DNA of 63,473 bases from Girardia tigrina (taxonomy: Eukaryota), in contig MQRK01236834.1 of NCBI GenBank assembly GCA_001938485.1, positions 1-63,473 of the forward strand, read 5' to 3'. Positions 52,915 to 63,473 of this stretch are shown piece by piece; the first letter of the stretch is position 1, and every line of letters begins with the position of its first letter. The notes beneath the pieces were generated by a model that saw only the letters and a list, made by a program, of their open reading frames with translations, ran no database searches and had not been told where the DNA came from. A program made the translations under genes and the position numbers.

Positions 52915-53522
52915 TTAACAAGATTTATTTTAATTTTACTGTTTATTCAGCAGTTCAAATATTCAAAAAAATAATGCAAAGGATAATGATGTTCCTGGGT
53001 CACACATTAGGATCGGATTAAAACAAAAAGATGGATTAAATAGATTAGTAAAAGAAAGTTCATTTCAAATACAACTCCATATTTTTTTTATTTTTATTGA
53101 GTGGCACACATTTTATTAATTTATTTATTATATAAAATGAGAGCTGTAAAGAAACTTTAAAACGGATATTTGAAATTTTGTAACATAAAACTTTTCAAAA
53201 ATAAAATTATAAAATTTGTAAATCCAAAAATTTGACCGCGTTAAATAAACAATACACAAATTATTCGAATATTACTTAAAAAAATATAAAAAAATCATTT
53301 AGTTTTTTTGCTTGCGAACTGTTTGAGGCTGGACGGTTGTGATTCTTCTATATATTTTTATTAAAATTTCTAATAAAAAAGGATTATTTAACAAGATCTT
53401 ATGTTTCCTAAGTACTTAGCTATAGATATTAAAAGTAAAATGTAAAAAGATAATTAATTCTAGTTGCTGTCAGATGGGTGCGGATGTGCCAAAGTGTTAT
53501 TTACTCATACTCCATTACCAAC

Positions 53523-53724
53523 CTTCCGCCGGTGACGTTCTGAGCCCCGCGCACAGTCCTTCGATCCCGTTGTATTTCGTCTGAACGTGATTGATCGCCT
53601 CCTGTCCCCGTAACTCCATTATATCCTGCAGCTCCTTCACGGAAAACTTGAACTCGCCAACCGTCGACCGATTCCGATCGCCAGCGGCGTTACTTGTTCT
53701 CTTCATCGACATAGAGTCAGACAT
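53523..53724 (-). CDS. ATP2B: Plasma membrane Ca2+-ATPase (PMCA), first coding exon
   Basis: Translates MSDSMSMKRTSNAAGDRNRSTVGEFKFSVKELQDIMELRGQEAINHVQTKYNGIEGLCAGLRTSPAEG, a typical PMCA N-terminus (ELxxLMELRG...LCxxLxTSPxEG). Phase-1 donor G|GTTGGT with GT at 53522-53521. The start ATG is inferred. Confidence 0.93.
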
Positions 53725-54600
53725 CTTATAAGATCTACACACACAATATGATTCTTCGTCGCCGTCAATCGGACGAGATGTCTCTCGTTTATTTCATCAT
53801 CAAATAAAAATATCCACGTTAGATCAAAATGTAAAAATCCGCGATTGATTAAAACAAAATAATAATGATGATCGAAGTAATATTATAATAGAAAGAAAGA
53901 AACAGAGAGATATTTGTCCCAAACGTACCACAAGAAGACAATCTTTACGATTACTAATGATATATAATAGTAATAATCAATTTTTCTTTTCTACTAATCG
54001 TCTCGATGCAGCAGCAGCAGCAAAAGAACGGTTGTTGGACAAATTCAAACAGGCCTGCCACACGTACAACATGCATGACATGCCCACTCGGTGTACTGTA
54101 CACACCCGCCAATAAGCGTTAAAATTGGTTCAACAGCATCACTTACGCGTGTATTTGTTAGTGTGTGTGTATGTGTTTGTATGTTAATTGAAAATTTTCT
54201 CTTTCCCATTGAAATTTTTCTTTGATTTTTTTTGTTAAAAAATATCTTTTTCATTTCATCACTCGAATCAGATTGTCAATAATTGACGACAATTCTCTCT
54301 CTCCCTATCTCCGTGTCTGTCGACGAGGGTGTCAATAAATCTCCACACACCAACAAGCACCCTGTTAGACGCACACACACAAACATGAATTTCTGTCTTT
54401 TCTTCTGTGAATTGAAACCAACCAATCAGAAATCGATTAATTCTTTAAAACTATCAATCAATATGAAATTTATTCCCACACACACACACAATGTTATAAT
54501 ATTGGTTCGTGTGCGGTCAGTGTTGTGTTCTCCTCTCGTCGTTATCGTTGTTGTTGTTGTTGTTGTTGTTGTTGTGGAGCGCCCGTGATTTGATTTTATG
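53725..54600 (-). promoter_or_regulatory. Probable PMCA 5'UTR/promoter region
   Basis: GC/CpG-richer segment without recognisable transposons, directly upstream of the ATG, carrying (CA)n, (GCA)n and (GTT)n tracts. A possible UTR intron runs from donor gc|gtaagt (54146) to acceptor gtgtag| (53735). Confidence 0.45.
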
Positions 54601-56214
54601 TTTTATTTTATTTTATTTAAACATTATTTTTCGTAGACACTGAAAAAAATTATTTGTCAATAAATTTATACATGTAGTCGTAATCTTTATCATTTTAACA
54701 TTCTGTCACGTTCTGATTATGTAATACGAGTAGGTCATTTCTTTTCAGGATAAAAACTAAAGGAATAAGAATGGGGGGGGGCAGAAACGATATTTAAAAT
54801 GTGATTTATTCTCGTTTTTTTTGGAAATCGTTTAATTCTAATTCGAGCAAATTTAAATGCCATCTCATTGGGCATAATTTATGGGATCATTATGCGGGTA
54901 TTGGGTTTCCCGTTTGATTTTTCCCCATGAATTTTACGATTTTTTTGGCAAAAAATTGTTTTTTTTATTGTGTCTCTTAATTTTCTGAGAATTGAAAGAG
55001 AGAGAGATTGGTTTTTTTAACATCTTTTTTTTGAAAAAAGTTCTTAATATATGTCTATGTGGATCTCGATTGAAAATGTGATTAATTATTCCCGGGAAAA
55101 GTTATTATCTAATTTTAATACATTTTTATTCTTTTGTTATTTTTCACTGACAGAATTTGTTGAAAGAAAATCATAAAAATATCGGTTTATTTAGTGATTA
55201 TTTTTTGGTAAATATTGCTTTGAATTCGTTAACGAAAAACCGGTTTTTGCTTTTTGGATTATTTTATTTATATTTTGGTAGAATTTAAGGGAAACATCAT
55301 TTTCAGTCATGATTATTTTAATATAGATGTTAGTTATATCAGTATTTGAATTCATAAATAGCGCAATTAAGATTTTTTATTATACACAAATTTAATCGAA
55401 TTTTCGCTTTCTTTGACTAATAATCATTTTGCAAATTTCTATTATTTAAATAATCTTTCATTTTAGCTTAAAACAATCTAAAATTTTTGAATCAAAAATA
55501 TTTATTTTGATTAATATAACTTTTAAAATTCTGAAATTTTAAAATATAATTAACTAGAATTATTTCAAAATTATTTTATTTTAAATACTTAATTTTAATA
55601 ATATTTAATTAAAACCCTTTTAATTAATATTTCATTAATTTGAATTTAATATATATATTATTTTAAATTTTAATGTTTAATACAAATTATTTTCTAATTT
55701 GATAGATACATTAATTAATAAAATTTAGATTAAAAAAAATAAATAATATAATAATTTTTTATTGATGAAAATTGTATTTATTTCAATCTATTTTAAGATT
55801 TCAATAAAATGCTTACAAATTCTGAATTTTTTTGTTTATTAATATTTATTTTAATGCATTTAAAATTTTTTTGGCAAACAAAATATTTTTCAAAATTACA
55901 AATATTTTGTTTTGATAAATATTTTTTTTATTATTAAAAATAAAAAAAATTTGTTTTTTTGAGAATTTATTTTTAAAAAAACTATATAATCTAAAATTAA
56001 TCATATTTGTGACAAAAATTATAAATAATTGGGGGTGGTAAATTTGGAATCTTTTTTTTAAATATAATTGCACATGTTAGAAAAAATATTTTATTTATAA
56101 AATAAATTATTATTGTAATTCCTTCTTCTTTACAACATTCACGCCCTGACCAACAAATATTTTTTTTTAAAATTTGAAAATTACTTTGAAAAAAATTGAC
56201 TATTCCTATGTTAC

Positions 56215-56860
56215 ATTCAATGCTGCTTTTGTGTCCAATAAACTTTCATTGAGTTTGCCTTAATTGTTACTGTTATACTGGGTCATCCACGTAGCTTATC
56301 ATATAATATCTCTGTCGTTCCTCCTTTACTTAGTATCATAATCTTCGGAGTATCTTCTTCTCTGTCTTCCACTCTTGATTTCTTTATAACTCAAAATATT
56401 TTTTATGGTATTCTGTTTGTTACAGATGTTGCTATTGTTCGAACTATTTTAAATGTCTGCCATGTTTACGGTGCTCTTCTTCTTATCTTTATTTTCATTA
56501 TCATATTTTTCATTACATTCCTTATTTTCTCATTATCATTACTTCTACTATAAGTATTATTCATATTACTTTTAGGGATGGGTTTGTAATCTAAATATCT
56601 TATTGCATTGCCGAAATTGGTTCCTCCAAAACTTGGCTTCTCATATTTTCTTCATCTATTTCATCGATTTCCATTAGTGCAATTGTCTGTCCCTCTGAAA
56701 TCCTCGTCGACCCCCTCCTCTTCTTCTCTTGTCTGTTCTGAGTAATTCTCCCCCACGGTCTTTCTAGGAATCTGTCCATTGTATGATACCACATATAGAC
56801 TTTTCCTTTCGTTTTGGAGTAACAATTCTTTTTAGGTGTTATTAACCTGTTAAGTTTGGA
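56215..56860 (-). pseudogene. Degenerate Gypsy gag-protease fragment
   Basis: Minus strand has LLDTKAALNV (aspartic-protease-like DT[G]A motif) downstream of an R/E-rich gag-like stretch. Confidence 0.4.
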
Positions 56861-57128
56861 CAGTTCTCTCTAATAAGACACAACATTTTGTGCCAACAAA
56901 GCTATCATAAAGATATACCCACAGCTTTCCAGAATTTTCCGAAAATTAAAATATATTGTGCATGTGGTAATGAACGATTCCACATACTCATTTCGTTTAA
57001 ATATACCGGGTTTCAATTTTGATATTAGTTGATCCACATTCAAAGTCCGGATCGGTTCAATTTTTTTATCATAAGTTACCAAGTTATAATAATTTTGAAT
57101 TGTAGTGTTTAAATTTTCAATTATAAAT

Positions 57129-57632
57129 AGGGTTATTTATGAGTTGCTTCCGTATGGCCAAACACTAAATTCAGATCTGTACTGTCAACAACTGAACCGT
57201 TTGAAGATAGAAATTGATGAGAAACGACCAGAATTGGCCAACAGAAGAGGTGTTGTGTTCCATCATGACAACGCCAGACCACATACATTTGTAGTGACTC
57301 GCCAGAAACTCAGGGAGCTTGGTTGGGAAGTTTTAATGCATCCGGACCTGGCACCAAGCGATTACCACCTTTTTCTTGCATTGCAAAATTTCCTGAGTGA
57401 TAAGAAATTGGGATTAATAGATGATTGTGCAAATCAATTACTACAGTTTTTACCCAATAAGGACCAACACTTCTACGAGAGAGGCATTATGAAGCTACCT
57501 TCAAAATGACAACTAATTATACTACAAAACGGTGCATATTTGACTCGGACAATTTCGAGGACAATCCAAAACATCTTAAATATAGTTTTCCATTTCACGC
57601 CAAAATAATGGATTTATCTTTCCCCAACCTAA
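57129..57632 (+). mobile_element. 5'-truncated mariner
   Basis: VIYELLPYGQTLNSDLYCQQL..KRPELANRRGVVFHHDNARPH..DLAPSDYHLF; 3' TIR ..TTTATCTTTCCCCAACCTAA|TA. Confidence 0.9.
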
Positions 57633-58954
57633 TAAAAACAAAAAATAAATGACGTCTTTTTATTATAAAAATAAATAAGCTTCGATTTTGAAATGATTTA
57701 AATAAATATTATGTGGAAAATGGAAAATAAAAAGATGAAAAAATAAGCAACCGGTAACGTTGTCTTCTGATGAAGACATGACTGGGGACTCTCTCCAAGA
57801 CGATTCTATCTTAGTAAAAATTAGTGCTTGGAATATCATATTTGGTTCCGGATGTTGAATATCTGTTCAAATTACAACCGACCACTAGTGCTATTGAACT
57901 ATAACGAAGATATATTACCTCTGTGGTATGGGTTATATTCTGATGTACAATTAATAAGATTAGAGAAGAGCGGACTTACATTTCAAAAAGGTCTGCATTG
58001 AAGTTTTGTGTTATTGTCTTTGCTAGTGATGTCGTCTTACTTTTACTTTGCTTCCTGTCAATGCCGTTTTATTGACTGAAAAGGAAGAGATTGGCCGCCG
58101 TACAATTCGCACTTTTAAAAGCCCGAAACATCTAAACTCATTTATTTAACATTAATATTTATGTTATTCATTCTCATTCTCATCAACATTTTACATTAGT
58201 CTATAAATTCATAAAGTTTCCCATCTCAAAAAAGGAGAATTAAAGACTCTTGAAACCCCCAGGGATAATTAATCGGAAAAATGATTCAATAATATTGGAA
58301 TTGACCAATTCACGACCCTCTTCTCCTTCATGAAAACAATTTCTCCTTCCATAAAGAATTTGTGTGAAAAGTTTCCTCTTTTTCTCTTTGGTCGAACACT
58401 CAATAAAATTTAATTCCTGTTTTTCACAAATTTATAAATTTTTCTTTCTTTTTAATTAATTTTTTTAATTAATAATTTTCAGTAGACATTTTTTAATAAT
58501 AAATTACTCTTAGAGTGATGCTGAAGTAAACATGTTTAATTACAATTTTGATAGAATAATAAAATTTTCTGTAATATTTTAATTATTTTTTGAGTATACC
58601 ATCAATGTTATTGAGAGATTGTGACTATTTATTCTCTTTGGGAATACAAGAAGAAAGAGAGTCTTAGACTCAGACGAAGATACGTTAAGGAGCCCATTAA
58701 AATTGACAATTTCGTTCCGTGAATAAATAAATAAGATAATTTTCTCTTGAAAATATTTTAATATTTTTTCTCTCAATTTGAACCATAACTGATTGTTCAA
58801 AAGTTATTGAAGAATCTCATCTGAAACTAACTTGGATCACAAATGACTTTCTTATTTCACGCTGCCAAAAAGAGACACTGTTGAACGTAAAATACATTTA
58901 AAAGCCTTTTTTAGTAATAAATCATTCGTACAATTTTTTTATCTTTAACTTATG

Positions 58955-59400
58955 CGTGGTGCGTTCAATAAGTACCCGATCTAAGATAAAAAATGTAATT
59001 GCAAAATTTTATTTTTTTGTGTGATGAAATAAATTAATATCGGTTTTAATTTAATTGTTTTATTTAATCAAACGCATTAAAAGTTTCAGTGCTACATTTT
59101 GAATTTTCATCATTGCGATGATTTCTTTCTGATGTAGAATAAGATGGGCAGGGATATTTACGATTTTTTGCAGTTAACTTAACTACATGACTCTCCATCT
59201 CTGACAAATGTTAAATATTAGTTAAGAGAGTTTAAAGAAGGTCGCACCTTTTTTTAATAAAGAAAAATTATGTCGAACAATAGAAATTGAAACAGTTGAT
59301 GAAAATTAAAGAAAGTGGTCCGAGAATTGCGTTGAATTACCTCGAAAATGCTGTCAATGAAGCTCAACATCAGTGCTCGTAGTCAATGCATAAGGAAAGA
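58955..59400 (+). mobile_element. mariner (irritans-like) 5' relic
   Basis: TIR-like CGTGGTGCGTTCAATAAGT; SPSLTNVKY*LREFKEGRT HTH remnant. Confidence 0.5.
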
Positions 59401-59539
59401 GAAAAGAGTTTCGACCTAAACTAATTAAAGAATTTTTTCAAAAGTTTAAAATGAAGATGACAGTTTCGAATCATATCAGTTTAGCACCAATGGAATCAAC
59501 GAGAGCCAATTTAGAAATGTGCGGGAAAGGAAAATTTCC

Positions 59540-59750
59540 GGTGAAGATTATCTTCGGTAGGCAGCATAAACATTGGTGGAAAAGTACTGAAAATCCCTTA
59601 AGCAAAACAAAAGCTATAAATACTTAAAAAAGCTATAAACACAGGACAAAATCATTGAAAATAGTACAAGGAAAACTTTTGTAATTGATTACAAAGTACT
59701 GATTAAAATGGATTATCCAACGAAAGATGCTTTTGGTTTCATGGGACCAG
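59540..59750 (+). mobile_element. Decayed Gypsy family A integrase tail
   Basis: IIFGRQHKHWWK...KVLIKMDYPTKDAFGFMGP parallels the 9073-9390 ORF. Confidence 0.5.
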
Positions 59751-60955
59751 AAAAAAATACTTATCCAGAGACTTAAAATATTCAAAACTTCAGTTCTGTT
59801 GGGTTCGAGGTCAAGAATAGAATTAATAACTCCAAATATTTATTTCAATTACAATTAACTATTTCGAAACAAATTTACATGGAACAATATTTTCTTTTTT
59901 TGCACAAAACCTGATATCAGAATTTTATTATAAATATCCATACGTAAATTATAGTTTCAATTATAAATATTTATATATTAATTATAAAATTTAATGGTGG
60001 TTTTATTTTTAAAAAAATAACTGTTTTAAAAAATTAATCATTTACAAATAATTTTAAATTTAAAACATTTTTAAATAGCTTTAAAATTAAGAAAAATTAT
60101 TTGTTTTAAAAATTATTTTTTTATCAAATAAAATTTCATTTAATTTATTTTGGAGAATTACTTTATAAAATTATTTGGAGACATTTTTAATTATAACTAT
60201 TTTCAAGAACTTTTGATTTTAGATATTTGCTTATTTTAATGATTCAAAAATTTTAAAACTGCGCCATATCCTCACAATTTCGATGATGGTAGAATCCAAA
60301 TTAGAAATGTAGATTTACTTATGTCATATTTAGTCGAGCGGATGTAAGGATTTTGTCTGATAATTTTTGTATATTGATTGAAATTCGTTGAATATATTGT
60401 TCTCTCCCGTTAAATGTAAATATTTGTACGGCAATTTCAATTTAAATTAAATAATAATATAATTAATACTTGTCGTTACATTTTACCGTTTTTCAAAGAA
60501 ATGGTTTCCAAAGTAGAGTATTGTGTTTTAAAAAGCAGACAGAAACGTACGGAATAATAAACGGTGAACATAAGGAAATATAAATAAGTTGTAGAACAAT
60601 TGGCCAATAAATTATTCGATGTTTATTTATTTAATTTCAAAAATTAAATGCAAACACTCTAATAATGATTAATCCAACACTTTTTAACTAATCCTTTTCA
60701 GACAGCTATCACAAAGCATTATAAAATCTACAATTGATAACAAAACAATAATCAATCTTTCACTCTCAATCTCTCTGTCAGTTATTTCAGCTGGTTTATA
60801 TTGAATGAAGCCCGGTTGTTTGCATTGAGTTTCACAAATAAAGGAAAGTGGAACGTTTAGATGGTGAAAGGTTGCGTCACTGAAATCGAATGTTTATGTC
60901 AATTGTAATAATTATCAAAAACCTCCATTAGATTGAGTAAAAACTGTTTGATAGA

Positions 60956-61300
60956 TGTGAGGAATATTTTAAATTGTTTGAATGTGTCAATATATTGATG
61001 CTGTATGTTGATTTAAGTATGTTGAATTTAGAATGGTGATTCTCCCACCCAAATGGAAATTGATATTTTTTATTAAATTTAAAAGATTGACTATTCGAAC
61101 ATAATTAAAATAATCATTTGATAAGTTCATATTTTTAATTTCACAATTAAAATTATGTTTAATAATTTTTAGTAAAATTTAAATTAAATGCATTTTTATT
61201 AATTTGATGACATTTTTATTATTTTGGGATTTATTGAGAAATGGTAAAAATTATTATTTTTTAATTAATATTTTTAAAGGTTAAATATTTTAAAAAATAA
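60956..61300 (+). mobile_element. Partial LTR, Gypsy family A, directly upstream of the element
   Basis: TGTGAGGAATATTT..TCTCCCACCCAAATGG. Right boundary is approximate. Confidence 0.65.
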
Positions 61301-61418
61301 CTTAGAAAAATTGTTCGAATAATCATGATTAAAAACAGAAATAAGAAAAACAATTAGAACGATGGAAAATGATGAAAGACTTTCTGAGAGTTGTAATGAC
61401 TCTAAATGTAATTGCAAT

Positions 61419-63473
61419 TGTGAGGAATATTTGAATGTTTGATGTTTTGTGTTTGAATGTATATGTTGATTTGGAAATGTGTCTCTCCTACCCAGATGGA
61501 TGATTAATGTTTTAATTCTTATTATCTAAAAATATGTAATGTTTAAATTTATTTTTAATTTCANATAATTTTAAAATTTTAAATAAGTTTATTAATTTTT
61601 ATAATATTTAATAAATAAATCAAATTAATATTTTTTAAATAATTAATTATCATTTTAATTATTATCCAATAAGTTTTGAGTGAATATTTTATTTAAATAT
61701 TCAGTTCCCCATTTTCTAAAAAAGTAATGAGAATAAAACAATTAATCAATTTCGCTTGAATGCAAATGTACGAAGGTTCTGACAAAGAATGTCTTGAGGA
61801 CAATCAAAATTTTGTTTAAATAAAAATATAAAAAATCAAATTAGTGTTCTTAATATGGCGACACACGACCACATGACTCCGAATATCAAAGGTCCAGAAA
61901 CATTCGACGGATCTGAGACGAAAGTGAAAGCATTTATAAAGAATTTCAACATGTACGCGAAGATAATGGGATTTTCGGAGGTAAAGAAAATCCTTTTAGT
62001 CACGCCATACATGACACCGGATGCAATAATCAAGTATGAAACAGCGCCCGGTAAAACATGTGAAGAAAAAATAAGAGCAGCGTTCTCCAAGGAAAAAATC
62101 GTACTAGATATAATGAAAGAAATGTTAGATTTGAGAATTATCTCCAGCGATCCCACAATAATATTTAGAAAGGCAGACGAACTAATAGAGAAATTGGTAG
62201 AGAAAAAGCTAGGTAAGAAAGAACTATCGAATTTAGTATACGCTAACTTGATAGATGATGATGATGTACAAAAACAAATAGCCATTAAAGGTATCACGAA
62301 ATCTGATGAGATTGAAGAAATACAAACAAGAATGTTTAAACATTTTTTGTATGGAAAAAGATTTTTTTTGCGAACAGATCATAAAGCTATTACGTTTATG
62401 ATGACTACAAAGAACCCTATCACACCACAGTTCCAAACATGGATAAATTTTATGAGTAGTCTTGACATGAAAATGGAATATCGAAAAGGTGAAAAACATT
62501 CAAACGCTGATGCAATGTCAAGAAATTCGTGCGAACTATGCAATCAGTGTCAAACAATGCATGAAGAGGCCAAGAAAGGAAAGATTAAAACAAGAATACT
62601 GNCATTAAGTGAAGAATCAGATGGTTTTAAATGGCAGAAGAATAATAATGAAATAAAACAAATAATCGAGGACATAAGTAAAGGTAGAACAAGAAAATGG
62701 GCATTAAAGAATGATATCGTCCTAAATCTAGATAATAAATACTGGATCCCAAAGGCAGAACGAGCAAATTTTATTGAAGAAAGGCACAAATTGTTGTGTC
62801 ATGCAGGTTGTAAAAAGGTCTATAACTACCTCCGAGATGATTTCGACATGGAAAATAATTATAAAAGAAATAGTTCAAAGTTGCATAAATTGTCAGAAAA
62901 GGAAGACACTAACAACCAAAACAAAAGAAAAGCATATAAAGCAATTAGCGGATGAACCTTTCCAGAAAATATACATTGATTTTTGTGGACCATACAAAAG
63001 AAATATAAATGGATGTCAATATATATTTGCAATAATTGACCAGTTTAGTAGATATATTAGCTTGAATGCAGCAGCTAGTAAAGATGAAAAAACAGTTAGA
63101 AAATTGTTATTGGACAGATGGATATGGAAATTCGGACCACCAAAAGAAATCCACGTAGACAGAGGAAAAACATTTGAATCGGCTTTGTTGAAGGACATGG
63201 CGAAAAAATTTAAAATTGAGGTGTTTTATTCGAGTCCATATCATCATAACACAAATGGAATCGTGGAAAGACAGTTTCGTACGATCAGAGATGCTTTGAA
63301 TATTAGAATGAAAGATGGAGATCATAAAGATTGGACAGAAGTCGAGTTTATGTTAAATAGTACTGTACAAGCTACGACAAGCATGTCACCGACCGAGATA
63401 GTATTTGGAAGAAAACTGAGACATTGGTGGAAAAACAATTACAGTAGGGGAAAAATGTATGTTCTCCACCACT
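61419..63473 (+). mobile_element. Ty3/Gypsy family A element, internally deleted; 5' LTR 61419-61855; runs off the right edge
   Basis: LTR TGTGAGGAATAT...GTGTTCTTAATA, then PBS-like TGGCGAC. Gag, RNase H tail, and integrase with HHCC and DDE core (IYIDFCGP..IIDQFSRY..FGPPKEIHVDRG..SPYHHNTNGIVER). Confidence 0.92.
61855..62955 (+). pseudogene. gag::RNaseH-C/integrase-N in-frame fusion ORF (protease and RT missing)
   Basis: GPETFDG gag start; junction ~62330 to FKHFLYGKRFFLRTDHKAI..EYRKGEKHSNADAMSR; H..CH zinc-finger half; frameshift near 62860 before CINCQ and the rve domain. Confidence 0.8.

Noticed and set aside
54047-54086. p53-like response element (AACATGCATGACATGCCC)
   Set aside because: The half-sites overlap at the wrong spacing and carry mismatches, so it may occur by chance.
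54283-54588. 101-aa ORF with poly-V, and other short AT-rich or microsatellite ORFs in the track (e.g. 36860, 17483, 55846, 61836)
   Set aside because: These are translations of microsatellites, low-complexity DNA or the antisense of TE ORFs.

Overview
AT-rich animal (invertebrate-type) genomic DNA, not prokaryotic. A planarian-like genome would fit, but that is only a guess. One host gene spans the window on the minus strand: the 5' part of a plasma-membrane Ca2+-ATPase (PMCA/ATP2B, P-type IIB). I can splice four coding exons (53523-53724, 33813-33986, 19382-19624, 4911-5036), all joined by phase-1 GT-AG introns of 14-20 kb; the gene continues past the left edge. The introns and upstream flank are filled with layered transposon relics: mariners of several subfamilies, pogo/Tigger elements, MITEs (hAT-, piggyBac-, pogo- and mariner-type) and a Helentron/DINE-like element. 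There are also about nine LTR copies of one Ty3/Gypsy family, plus an internally deleted member of it, and many Penelope-like elements (PLEs). The most notable items are: (i) minimal type-I hammerhead ribozymes in PLE pseudo-LTRs, some in inverted foldback pairs and some sense to the PMCA pre-mRNA; (ii) a 5S-rRNA-derived SINE (SINE3-like) at 6166-6557; (iii) a Gypsy element with an in-frame gag::RNaseH-integrase fusion lacking protease and RT; (iv) sense-biased intronic LTRs with nested insertions; (v) PLE ends abutting (TA)n. All calls were made by eye without database searches, and boundaries of degenerate relics are approximate.
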